Origin: the human T2T-CHM13v2.0 reference genome, Homo sapiens
Assembly (NCBI GenBank): GCA_009914755.4
Contig: CP068257.2
Span: forward strand, 43,648,001-43,712,000
Direction: 5' to 3'
Length of the DNA: 64,000 nt
Shown: one piece after another, positions 1-11,900 of the stretch
How positions within the stretch are numbered: position 1 is the first letter of the stretch
Layout: the number at the start of each line of letters is the position of its first letter
Program-made: the position numbers and the translations under genes
The notes under the pieces: generated by a model
The model's database searches: none
The model's input: only the letters and a program-made list of their open reading frames with translations
Told to the model about the DNA's origin: nothing

Positions 1-55
1 AGAAGGTGGCACTGTGACGCCCAAGAGGTCAGCAATTAAGATCTGCTCAAAGGCA

Positions 56-235
56 GCAGGAATAAAGCGGGAGGGAGCACCGCGCAGGTGAAGTTCTGGG
101 GCAGGAACAAAGCGGGAGGGAGCACCGCGCAGGTGAAATTCTGGGGCAGGAACAAAGCGGGAGGGAGCATCGCGCAGGTGAAGTTCTGGGGCAGGAACAA
201 AGCGGGAGGGAGCATCGCGAAGGTGAAGTTCTGGT
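56..235. repeat. 45-bp tandem repeat x4 (unit gcaggaacaaagcgggagggagcaccgcgcaggtgaagttctgggg) in POFUT2 intron 2.
   Basis: The 'gcagg' register recurs at 56, 101, 146 and 191. The copies are >90% identical. Confidence 0.95.
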
Positions 236-1632
236 ATCCTTTTTGCTCACTCATGACTGGGGGCTAAGGGCTGCGTGGCCTAAGGGCCTGAGGCCACAGC
301 TGCGGGGGCTTCTTTTAGGCTAGTGGGAGGTGGTGAAGATCCTGCACGCTGGGCGCTATGTCAGCCACATCAGGAGCTCACCGTGTGCAGTCTCTTGGCA
401 GCCTCGCCCTAGGACAGGCACCCAGTTCCTTCCCCACCTCACAGGCGAGGAAACAGCTCAGCAAAGCCCCAGGCTGGTGGATGGCAGGTAAGCGTGAGAC
501 CAGCATATGTGCCTCAGAAGCTCATTACACAGCATCTGTCTTCCCAGACCTTCCCAAGCACTTGGATGCCCAAGGCCCAGACCTGTCCGCTTCCCTGTCA
601 GGAAACCCACTGGTACCAAAGGGAGGTAAGGATAGCATCTCTGGGTTCCTATAACCCAATGTTCAGACCGAGGGCTGGCTGCTAGTTAGACCCAATACCC
701 AACCACAGCTTTCATCTTCCAGGACTCACAAGCAAATTTTAAAGTCAACTCAGGAAAGGACGCACTCCAGGAATGCTTTTTACAAGCAGCAGACTTTCTG
801 ACTTGGTATCAACAAGGATGTTGGAGGTTACCGCCTGTTGTTGCATGCCCCTAGCACTCACAAGACTGACCTTGACACAGAAAACATTTCAGAGTGACAA
901 GATCTAGGGTGCAACGAGAACCACATCCTTGAAAAATGATGACACGGGAGCCACACTCCTTGGCAGGGAGCAAAGGTCTCTAAGCCCCGAGAGTGGCTGT
1001 CGAGTAAGAACTCAACAGATGCTGGAAAGCAGGAGCCTGACTCAAAACTAACTCATTCGTCTTCAAGGCCTCTCAAGTGCAGCAGCAAAGCATCACTTAC
1101 CTTTATCTCTTCCAAACAACGCAACACAAAAAGCTCTAAATACCTTCATTCTAAGAAGAGCTTTAATTCTTCTCTTAAAATTAACTGAAAAGATGAAGCA
1201 ACACAAAATTAAACGAGACAGACCTTTATCCCTGGCGCTGCACTGAGACACCACGAAGCATACTCCACACGCAGTGCGTCTTCCTGAACGTAAAACAGCC
1301 TTTCGCACAGGGAGCCGAGTCCTGTCACTATAACACCCAGGGGTGGCCGCTTTCTTAGGGTGTAAGGGCGGCTCTAACTGAGGGAGCACAAAGCTCATCC
1401 ACTTCAGGTCCATTTCCGAGAAACATTTTGGGAAGCTCACTGCAGCGTGGGAAAGGGACTGTGCTCCTGAACGGAGGAGGTGCTGCCACAGGCCTCAGGC
1501 AGCAGCACTGGGCACTGGAGGATGCTGGTGAGGCTGGATGCAATCGTAAGCCCAACCTGATGTCTACCTTAGAAATGACTGCCTGGCCCCAGTTAAGCAA
1601 CCACGGCCTCCCAGCGTGCCGCTCGGCCTCAC

Positions 1633-1883
1633 CTGCGATGAACTGCTCATACTCGATGACAGGGATGTTTTTATTGAGACTTGGAAGATCAAAAAACTCA
1701 GACCAGGGAATCCGGACCTGGTGGATGTCAGGACTCTGCCAGTGATAGAGGCGGCCCCATGGAGGCAGGACAAGCACCCACTCCTCCGTCTTCAGCAGAG
1801 TCTTCAGGAGAGAGGCGATTCGGATATAGACATCCCTGCGCAGGTTGAAGCCTTCCGGGGGGTTGACGTCATACAGAAGATAC
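1633..1883 (-). CDS. POFUT2: POFUT2 coding exon 2 (251 nt, phase 2 in / phase 1 out). It encodes ...[84 protein letters not shown].
   Basis: The minus-strand translation matches the human POFUT2 N-terminal region as I remember it. The acceptor is a polypyrimidine tract followed by cag| at 1884-1885 (complement). The donor is CAG|GTGAGG at 1632-1627 (complement). The six-frame ORF 1355..1777(-) covers the exon and then reads into the intron. Confidence 0.9.
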
Positions 1884-3099
1884 CTGAGCAGGGAGAAGGA
1901 GGACCACAGGTCTCAAATGCTGAGGTTTCTGCACGGAAAACCCGACTGCTCACAAGTCTCAGCGCGTGGCCCGACTCTAGGCACTTAACAATGGTTCCTA
2001 GTTTGTGAAGGCAGTGAGTGGCCTGTTTCTCTATGACCAGTTACTTACGGAGCCTGTAAGCAGAAGCAGCAGACATGCTAACATCGTTTTAACAATTAGC
2101 AATAGTTCAACACTAAGGCAGAGGAATCCCAGTGACTGGAACCCAAGAATCAGTACCCACATGGTTCTCAAACTGTTTGGTCTAAAGACCCCTTTACACT
2201 GGAAACAATGACTGACGGCTGGTTATGTGCACTATGTCTATTGATACGTCCTATGTTAGACGTTAAAGCTACAAGTATTTAATTCAGCTAAAAATAAGAA
2301 GCCATTACATGTTAACAAAAACCACATATTTAAATAAAAAATAAGTGTATTTTAAAAAATGAATTAGAAGAACTGTGATGATGTTCTTAATTTTTGCAAA
2401 TCTCTTTTGGGTTTGGTGACAGCTGGATTCCCATACCCGTTTCTGCATTCAATCTGTTGTGACATCACAGATCAAGTGGTTTCTAGGAAAACTCCACAGT
2501 GCATTCATGAGAAGTGAAAAAGGCGTATAATACTCTGGTACTACTATTAAAACGGCTACAAAAGCTCAGAGATCCAGGACACACTTTAAGATCACTGCCC
2601 TAGAGGAAGGACACAAAGCGCCCCAAGGCACAGACAAGTCCCCAAGGCACAGACAAGTCCCCAAGGGCTACAGAAACCCTGTCCCTGGCGCTCTCCTTTC
2701 CCTGCTCTGCGCTGGTTTTCCATACTCCCATCGTCGCGAGTGAAGCTGCGTGCAGCGCCCAGGCCTGCGAACGCCACGAGGGGCCGTGCACACCTCTGCG
2801 TCCAGGCCCCTCCCGGGGTCCGCTTGGAGATCCCACAGCCACAGGGCGGCCGCGAAGCTCGTCTTGGCCCTGAGAATTCACTGCGGAGCGCCCGCCCGGC
2901 ACTGACTCCCGGCTCCGCACACCCAGGCCTGGACCCGTGTCACTTGCAGGGGCCTCCGGAGCCAGCCCACGCTCAGCCTGAGCAACCCGGCCCCCTTCCT
3001 GGGCTCCCGAGGCTGCGCCCCGGGCCTCGCAGACGACCCCGCCTGCAGACCCGGGCCGCAGTGACGCAGCCTCGACTACAGCCAACCCGCTGGCCCGAC

Positions 3100-3655
3100 C
3101 CTGCCCCCAGCCCCCGCCCCATCCCATCCCCCAGACTCCAGCCCGGCCCCGGCCCCTGCCCCTGCCCCTGCCCCTGTCCCGTCCCCGTCCCATCCTTCTT
3201 GGCCCCGGCTCCCGCCCCGCCCCCATCCCATCCCTCGGGCCCCCGTTCCTGCCCCCATCCCATCCCACCCCTCCTGGCCCTAGCCCCTGCCCCGCCCCCA
3301 TCCCATCCCATCACCCTGGCCCCTGCCCCGCCCCCATCCCATCCCATCGCCCTGATCCCTGCCCCGCCCCCATCCCATCCCTCCTGGCCCCTGCCCCCTG
3401 CCCCTAGACCATCACCCTGGCCCCTTACTCCGCCACATTCCTTGCCCCAGAACCCTGACCCCATCCCATTCCCCTGACCCCTGCCCCCTGACCCCGCTCC
3501 ATCCCATCCCCCTGGCCCCTGCCCCATAACTCCGCTCCATTCCATCTCCCTGGCCCCGGACCACCCTCCATCCCGTGGGCCTGCCCCTGACCCCATCCCA
3601 TCTCCCTGGCCCCTGACCCCGCCCCGCCCCCATCCCATCCTCTGACCCTGCCCGG
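3100..3655. repeat. C-rich minisatellite, ~12 imperfect units of ~40-55 bp (motif ccctgccccgcccccatcccatccc...ccctggcc). It lies inside POFUT2 intron 1, so it is G-rich on the transcribed/coding strand.
   Basis: Recurring cccatcccatccc / ctgccccgccccc blocks across 3100-3655. The six-frame proline-rich pseudo-ORF 2740..3477(+) is its translation. Confidence 0.9.
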
Positions 3656-4800
3656 TCCTGGAACCCCAGCGTTGGCACCGTGGACGCGCGTTTACCGTCT
3701 GCGGGAAGCCGCCCCCGACAGAATATCGGCCGCCGATTGTCCGGGCCAGAACTCCTGGCCGGAGGCAGAAGCCGGAGGCCAGGACACTGCCCCCAGCAGC
3801 AGGAAGACGAAGCTGAGTGTCGCCATGGCCCCGGGCGGCCACGCACTTCCGGCGGCCGCGCCCCGCCCCGGAACCACGCCCCGCCCCCGTGAAATGCGTT
3901 CCCAGTAGCCACGGCAACGCCCAGCTCCGCCCTCCCGGCGCATGCGTTATGCGCCATCACCGGCAAGCAGGGGCGGGAGGGGGAACTGCGCGTGCGCAGA
4001 GTCTCCGCCCTCCTGACCGCAGCGGCTAGAGGTTCCATTGCAGACCCGGAGGCCGTGGCTGTGGTTCGCGGCGGTGCTGTCGCGGGCGCCCTGGCGCAGC
4101 CCACGCAGGGGCTCCTGAGGGTCCGCGAGGCCGGGAGGTCCGGGGGTCGGGAGGTCCCGGGGTCGGGAAGTCGGTGGACCCTGCAGGCCAGTGGGGAGGG
4201 TACGCGAGACTGGGGGCCGGGAGGGCTGACGGCTGGTGGCGCGGGGCGGGTCCGTGGGGAGGAGGCCCGGGGCTGGTAGGGGCGGGAGGGCTGGACGGCG
4301 GGGGCGGGGCGGAGGAGGGGGTCCGTAGACGGGGTCGGCGCCGGGTGCTCTCGCCCCTCTGGAGCTGGGGTCGGGGCGGGAGCCGCGCATGAGAGCCTGG
4401 GTTTCTAGTCGGGGGGCGCCGTCGAGCTCCACACCTGCGGCCTCCTGGGTGCCCCCAACCCTGGAGCCCCGGCGAGGGGGCACCCGGGCTGAGGCCTGGC
4501 CCTCCAAGGAGCCCTGGAGGGACTGTGCTGCTAGGGCGCGGGGCTCGATGGGGTGATCTGGAGACCTGGGGGGATCCGGGGCTGCCGCCCCTGCGCTGCC
4601 AACCTCCCACCCCGCCCCTTCTGCGAGGCGTTATTAAAGGTCTGGTTTCGGGAGCCAGGTGCGTGCCCGCCGCCGCCGCTCCCCGCAGCCTCCAGGCAGC
4701 TCCCGCTGTTCCCCGAGGGCACCAGCACTGGCCGACCGACCTGGCTTGGGGCGCGGCGCTGGCAAACCCGGCCTTCTGAGGGGACGCCACGCTGACTCTA
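3640..4800. promoter_or_regulatory. TATA-less CpG island / promoter of POFUT2 (transcribed leftwards), probably bidirectional. It contains an NRF-1-like palindrome GCGCATGCG (3937-3947) and Sp1 GC boxes (e.g. GGGGCGGG at 3970-3977).
   Basis: CpG density is very high (cgcgcg, ccgg, gcgc clusters) from ~3650 to ~4790. The island sits immediately 5' of the POFUT2 ATG and there is no TATA box. Confidence 0.7.
3696..3826 (-). CDS. POFUT2: POFUT2 coding part of exon 1 (ATG at 3826-3824). It encodes [43 protein letters not shown] plus 2 nt of the next Arg codon, including a signal-peptide-like N-terminus.
   Basis: The six-frame ORF 3692..3943(-) contains [44 protein letters not shown]. The donor is acg|GTAAAC at 3695-3694 (complement), and the reading frame joins exon 2 exactly (RRR-YLLYDV). 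Confidence 0.9.
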
Positions 4801-7644
4801 GTGCAGGCAGCCCCCAAAACGGTATAATTGGACGAATTTCTTGAAGGATGCCAGTTACCAAAAAAGAAAATACTAATGCTTATTATCTGTTAAATTTGAG
4901 ATCAATTTGTTATCAAATTTTCTCACACAGAAAATTCCAGGCCCAGAGGGCCAAGCTGGTGAATCCTACTTAGAGAAGAAATAATAGGAATCCAGCCACT
5001 CAGACGATGGACGAGGAGGGGCACTTCCCTGCTCGATGTATGGGCCAGCATTGCCTTGATAGCAAAGTCAGACATCACCAGACAGTAGAACCACAGACCA
5101 ATGTCTTTCATGAACCAAGACACAGCATTTAAAAAAATTAGCAAATGGAATTTATATCTGCCTATTGTTTACAAAAAAAGCCAAACTTTGTAAAATACTT
5201 GAAGAGATTTATTCTGAGCCAAATATGACCCATGACACAGCCTCAGGACGTCCTGAGAACTTGGCCCAAGGCGGTTGTTTTACTGCTTGGTTTTATTCAT
5301 TTCAGGGAGACATAAGACATCAGTCAGTACATGTGAGGTGTGCATTGGATTGATCCAGAAAGTCAGGACGACTCCAAGTGGAAAGGCCTCCAGGTAATAG
5401 GTGGATTCAAAGATGTTTCTGATTGGCAGTTGGTTGAAAGAAGTTACTATCTGAAGGCTTGGAATCAATAGAAAGGAGTGTCTGGGTTAAGAGAAGGGGC
5501 TGTGGAGACCGAGGTCCTTATTATGTGGATGAAATCTCATAGGTGTCCGCCCTCAGAGGCAATACATGGCAAATGTTTCCTATTCAGACCTTCAAAAGGC
5601 ACTAGACTCTCAGCCAGTCTCCTCAGGATCAGAAAAAGAGCTGGAAAGGGAAGGGGAGTCTACAGAATATGAATTTCCCCACAAGACACCGCTTTGCGGG
5701 GCCATTTCAAAATTTGTCAAAGAGATATATTTTGGGGTAAAATACATTGATACTTTGAGGGCCTGTTGTCACGTGATGCTATACCAGCGTCAGATTGGAA
5801 CTTGGTGTCTTGCTGCTATGGAGTCTGCTGTCAGTCTGGTCAGCTGCACCTGAACTCCAAAGGGAGGTGGGTATAATGAGCCATGTCCAATCCCCGTCCC
5901 TTCCTGGCCTGAGCTCATTTTTCAGGTTCTTCAGAATCCCCCTGGTGGAGATGAGGGATCCGTTCAGTGGGTTGGGGAAGCTTAGAGTTTTATTTTTGAT
6001 TTACACTATGTGAAGCAGAAATTAAAATACTGTAACCCTGATAGGGTTATTTTAAAGCTGCAGGAATCAAGGCAGGTTGCCGTGGGTAAGAGGATAGACA
6101 GGCAGGTCATGTAGCAGGACGAGCTGCGGACAAAACCCCTCAGACACCAGGTTAAGGAAGGATTTGGCTTTATTCGGCCGGGAGCTTCGGCAGACTCGCG
6201 TCTCAAGAACCGAGCTCCCCGAAAACAGAGTTCCTGGCCCTTTTAAGGGCTTACACCTCTAAGGGGTCCACGTGAAAGGGTCGTGATAGATTGAGATCAC
6301 ATGTGGTTAGAGTGGGAGGGGGGGGTAATCTTTTAACCTCAGGCCTGGTCATCGGTGGCACCGGCTGGTCTTGCTGCTGACTTCATTCCTGTTGTTTTTC
6401 AACTTTTACTTCATCCTTCTCTTCAGAGACAGGAGACAGTAAAAGAAATGGCCTCTCTCCTCTGTCAGAGTGGAGTCCCGAGCTCCCAGAAATGCCACAT
6501 GATGGACAAACGCTTGGGGGAAAAAAAAAAAAAGGAGACCTCAGTCGGACACAAAAGCAGGAGCTTTAAAAGAAAAAATAAGAGATAAGTTGAACTTCAC
6601 CAAAAAATAAGCGTTTCTGGTCTTTGAAAGACACTTAAAATGAAAAGGCAAGCCATCGATGGGGAAAATACTCAGAATAATGGATCTGACAGAGGGCTGT
6701 ATCTAGAATATATGAAGATATTTTAAAATCCAGTAATTTGACATAAAGATGGTAGCCAGCCTGACACACAAAGGAACCCGAATGGCCAATGGACAGGAAG
6801 GGAACCCGTATGGCCGATGGACAGAAAGGGAAGTGAACGTGAACATCTCATTGGGGATGCCGTTATCACCACTGGAATAGTCAAAAACATGGACACCAAG
6901 TATTGGTGGGTGAGTGGAATGGCGGGAACCCACATACACGGTCGATGGGAGCTGCACCCTTTGGAAATCATTTCACAGTTTGTGCTCCATCCTGGCCAAA
7001 CCCACAGCTGGAGTCTTTCCAAAAACAGTGACGGGAGTTTCCACCAGGGAGTGCCTCAAACCATCCCGAGATGGGGCTGGTTGGGATTCCAGGGAGAGGC
7101 ACTCGTTGCCAGGGTGATCCGTCCAGAGCACTTCCTAGGGGATCTGGCATAAGGAGGGCTGCAGTGTATCCTCAGGACAGATAGGACAGATAGTGTATCT
7201 TTGGGACAGACGGCAAGATGGGGATTCCACCCAGGTCTGTCTGCAGCGAGTTGATATGAGAGTTTAAGGAATTTGGACCAGGGCTGCTTTGTTTCAGGGT
7301 TTTGGGCAATGACCTAAACACCTTTATCAGTGCCTGGGAATGCTCAAGGCCCAGCTTGAGTTCAGGCCTGCAGGGAAAACCTGCAACTGGCCGGGCCGCA
7401 GAGTGGTCAGGGCACGGAAAGCCAGAAGCTGGGGACACACCTGCTGTATGATCCAGCCGTTCGTCTTTACCTGGGAGAAATGGCACCACCTGGCTGAACA
7501 TAACTTCTTACACACCCGTGAGTCCTCCTGGACAGGTGCTGTGACCTCGTGCAGCCTTGGGGACCCTGACACTCCCACGGACAGGCCAAGGGGTTTGCCT
7601 GGGCCCTGTGGGCACAGAGTCCCTTGAGATGGGTTTCCCTATGC

Positions 7645-7797
7645 AGCCCCCCACCCCCCACCGGGGACCCATGGCACTGCAGCCCTCACCCCCCCTCTAG
7701 GGACCCACAACACTGCAGCCCTCGCCCCCCTCCGGGGTCCCACAGCACTGCAGCCCTCGCCCCCCATCGGGGACCCACAGCACTGCAGCCACGCCCA
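7645..7797. repeat. ~35-bp tandem repeat x4 (ggacccacagcactgcagccctcgcccccctccgg).
   Basis: 'cactgcagcc' recurs at 7675, 7711, 7746 and 7781. Confidence 0.9.
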
Positions 7798-10700
7798 GGC
7801 CACCGCCTCCAAACACAGGGCCGCTGCTGTTTCTGTGAACAGATACTTCTTGCAGATGTCAATGGTTAATGGATGGGGAGGTGACCGCCCAAGCAGAAGC
7901 CGACCCTCTTCATGAAGGGGCCACAGGTCACCCCGAAGCAGAAATCCATAGAACAGCCAAGGCCACAGCGGAACCGAGCAGGCCACGCCTCTGCCTCTGG
8001 GCCGCTCAGGGCCAGGCCTCCCTGACCCCACTGGCTCTATTGTGAGGACTCAGGGTGGAGCTCTGCTGGGCTCAGTGGCCTTCACAGCCGGGGTCCACAG
8101 ACCCGGGTCCTACGGGCAGTACTGTGCTCACCTAGAGGCCACGGTCCATGCCCTGTCTCCAGCAGGCCCAAGTCACTTGTCCATGGCGAAGGCCCGGCCT
8201 TGCTTCAGGCCCCGGGCGCGCTCCCCCTGCTCCCCCTGCCCACCGTTTCTTCCCAGGTGACAGAGGCGGGAGAGCAGGCGAGCCACGTGCCGGGCGCCGC
8301 AGCAGGGGGCACTCCAGGCTGGCGCCCCTCTGCCTCTCTGTGGGCTCTGACCTTTCTTCTCCCCGCCTGGGCAGCCTCCTTCAGGTTGGGGAGTCTTTTG
8401 TTGACCCCTGGATTAAAGTCCTAATCAGGAATGACCCGGAAGAGGTCTTATGAGGCTTTCCTCAAGAGAAGAAAATCTGTCCCTGAGTATCAGGAAGTGG
8501 CCCCTTTCCCTGCACCGCAGTCTTCTGTGACCAGCGGCTCACACAGCGAAGGAGGGGCTGGCGGCCCCCACAGGCCACTGCCCCGAGGCCGCCACGAGAG
8601 GGCAGGAGAGCCCTTCCTGGGAGCTCTGTGCCACGGGGAAACGCAGCCCCGCCAAGCACAGCATGGATGTTTCCAGCAGGGAATGAAGAGAGAGGCCCCA
8701 GCACATGAGAGAAGAGCACACTGGGCGGCCCCTGTCGGAGCCTCTCCTGTCCCCAGCGACCCCTGAGAGCAGGCCCTGGGCCTCTGCGGCCCCTCCCGGA
8801 GCCACTCTTCAACTGCTGACCTGCTCCCAGCTCTTCTGTGCCCTGCCCAGCTCCCTGCAAAACCTCACCTGAGGGGAAGGAGGCCCTGTTTGGGCTCAGA
8901 CGCAGCAGGTGCAGCTTGTGGTCCTGGGGCCACACCTGTTAGAGCCCATCCTTCTACCCCTGCTGGGCCCTGAGTGTCGTCCGTCCCCACAGAACTCAGC
9001 AGGGTCAGGTCTGGGCACTCCAGGCCGCCAGCCCCCTGAGTGAGCCCTGGGCCCGAGGTAGTTGTGGGTCACAGGCACCCCAGCCAGAACACCCACAGTG
9101 GGTAGATGTGTGGGGACCGGATGTGGGTCCTTTCCTGAGAGACGTGCAGATGGGGAGAGGCTGGGCAGTTCTCAGCACAGCTGGAGCATCTACCTGTCAC
9201 CACCTCGGAGCCTCCTGGCCCCGTGGGGGCGGCCCTGGGAGCAGGGTCGGCAGTGAAGAGCAGAGAAAGGCAGTTGGGGATGTTGCCACTGTCCCCCGAG
9301 ACCACCCTGCCATGGAGACGAGGGAGCTGTCCCTTCGCGGAAGGGGGCTGGCCAGCAAGAAGGACAGAGAGTGGACTGGCCGAGGACCGCTGAGCTCAGG
9401 ACCCAAGGAGGACTCTTCTAGGAGACGAGAGAGCGAACGCCAGGGACCCTGTGCAGGCCTGCTCCTCCGTTTGCAAGGTGAGTTACCAGGTTCACGTGTT
9501 TGGAGTTTCTGGACTCATTGCGGAGTTCCACCCCTGCACGTTGCGGTTCCCCAGTAATCAAATCCTGGCTTTTGTGCCTGGAAGTGCACAGGGAGGGGAC
9601 AACTTTGTGAGTCAGTGGCAGGGCAGGGAGTTCTGGTTCTCCAGAGCCAGAGGCCGTGCTCAGAAGGATTTCTTAGCAGGAGCCTTGGGGCCCCCAGTCA
9701 ACACTTCCCTACGGACAGCCTGGCCAGCTCTGTGCACGGAGCAGGCGCCCGAGGGTCCCAGGTCACCAAGTGACCAAGTCGTGAAGGCGCCCAGGGTTTC
9801 CTGGGGGTGCGCTGATCCCAAGGAAGCCACGTGTGGTCAGCATGGGGGAGGGGACCAGCGCCCCGGGGGGCCTGCAGCACAGCAGGGCCTGCCCTCCTGG
9901 GTGAGACTGGCCGGTGCCTGTGGGGATCTGGGGGGCTACAGTCAGGGCTCTGTGCTCCCGAGGGCCACGCCAGCCCACCTGCCCTGGAACAGAACCCGAG
10001 GCTTCTGCCTAGGGGAGTACCTGGGCACCTGCCTCCTGTGCTGCCCTGGACACATCCCAGCGGCTGCACATAGGGGAGGCACAGCCTGGGCTCAGGGCCA
10101 GGGTCCACTCTGTGGGGATACTAGACCCGGGGGTGACAATGCCAGCTCAGAACTTCCCCCCACACCTGGGCTCCTCCAGCCTGGCCTTTCCTGGGGAAGG
10201 GAGGGCCTGTCCTTCCTCAGCACTGTGGGAGGGAGGCAAGGCCTGCGGTTGAAGCGTCCCCAACACGGGGCTCCAGGAGAGAAAGCACCACATCTCAGGG
10301 AATGAAAACAGAGACGGGGCCGCCCAGTGCACTCGGTGGCTCGGAAATCATTAAAGAATGTTCTGAGCCCCCGATTTTGGCTGTAAAAGGGACTGGCCGG
10401 CTTGTGACCGCTCCCCTGTCTGTGCCTTGAGACGGGAGTGTTCAGCGTTGGGGGCAGCTTTCCCTCCAAGAGGAGCTTCACAAACATCCGCTCTCTGCGG
10501 GGCCGCCTCTCCGTGGCCTGGGGCCGCTGTCGGAGGAAGGCTCTCCAGCTGCCGTCATCTGGGAAACGTGGGGGGCGAGCAGGGGTCACGGATGGGGCTC
10601 ACTGGGGACTGTGAGAATCTGTCCCGCAGGACTTTCTGGGATGGAAACGCTGGCAGAGGTGAAGCCTGCGTCATGTGCTTTACTGAACCCGGCTGCTTAT

Positions 10701-11589
10701 TTATGTTCGGAGGGCTGGTTTCAAGGACTCCACGTCTCCCTCTCCAATGATAGCGTCAGCGGAAATGCAGACGGGGACGGGGCTGCTGGGTTTCCTCCCT
10801 GGAATGAAGCACAGCCGGAGGTTTTGCTGATTCACCAGCAGGCCCTGACCGCTGAGTTCAGGGTAACAAATCCACATGGATCCTGAGCCCGCATAGCTCC
10901 CTGGGCCTCAGCATAAACATCGTAAACCTCCGGGCCCTGGCAGTGTCTGTTTCATCCCCTCCAGAGCAAGTGCAAGTGTGAGATTTAGAGATTCTAAGAG
11001 GGGAAGGGCCAGAGGTCTTGAAAACGACCTTCATTCGTTCATTCATTCGAGAAGTTTGCGAGGGCCTCCGTGTCCTGCGTTTAGTGGGGCCTAGGACGCA
11101 GATGTGAAGGGCGCTGCTCTCAGGAGCAGACAGAGGTGGGGATGAATCAGTACACGCCCACCTCGGGCCCACAGGGGAGGATGCGCGGAGCTGTGGGTGT
11201 GGGGAGGAGACCCCTCTGCGTCATGCTGACGGTGTCGGCAGAGTCGCCAGCTTCTGCAGGAGCGGTACCTGTGGGTTCTTCTGTGACTTGTTTAACCGCA
11301 TCTTTTGCCCAGTAGTTAGTCTTTTCCTGTTGGGACACCATGTTGGTAGTTTGGAAATGGTTTCTTCCATCCATTGCCTGCCTTTTAGCTTTGTCGATGG
11401 TGTTCTGTTGTAAATTTTGGTGCACGTTTAATGTGAACAATGGTTATGAGACGAGTGCCATGAGTTCCTGTGTGCCTGTCACCCAGCCCGGCCACAAGAG
11501 GTGCTGGGGGCAGTGTCCACACCCCCCTTTCTTAGGACGCCTGAGTCTCAGATGTGACTTATAGGGTATTTCTTATGGCAAGACGGTTA

Positions 11590-11900
11590 AAACAAACTTC
11601 AGCGTCTCGTCTGTCCTTCTATGGCTGTGGCTTCTGATGTTCTAATGGCGTTCTCGTCAGCCGGGGCTGAGAACAAAATAACATAGACTGTGGGGCTTAA
11701 ACAGCAGAAACTTACTTCCCACGGTTCTGGAGGTTGGGAGTCTTGGATCACCGTGTAGCATGGTCAGGTTCCTGGTGAGGGTGGGATTCCTGGCTAACGT
11801 AACGAAGGCTCCCTCTCCTGATACCGTGTCACTGGGGGTGAGGCTTCAACACAGGAATTTTGGGGGGACACATCAGCATTCACTCCATCACAGGTGGTTA
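11590..11900 (-). mobile_element. Fragment of an interspersed repeat. It belongs to the same family as the copy at 53795-54250 and is in the opposite orientation. I cannot name the family securely.
   Basis: Its reverse complement reads ...ctgtgatggagtgaatgctgatgtgtccccccaaaattcctgtgttgaagcctcacccccagtgac...ccagaaccgtgggaagtaagtttctgctgtttaagcccc. This parallels 53795-54250 (gttatgggttgaatggtgtcccctcccccc...gaagccctacaccccc...ccagatctgtgagag). Confidence 0.5.

Noticed and set aside
1355-1777. 140-aa minus-strand ORF taken at face value as one continuous CDS.
   Set aside because: Only the part corresponding to 1633-1883 is real coding sequence (POFUT2 exon 2). The ORF continues past the CAG|GTGAGG donor into intron 2 (…[11 protein letters not shown]…), so the unspliced ORF is not the gene product.
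2740-3477. 245-aa proline-rich plus-strand ORF across the POFUT2 promoter-proximal region.
   Set aside because: It lies within POFUT2 intron 1 and is the translation of the C-rich minisatellite, on the strand opposite to the gene.
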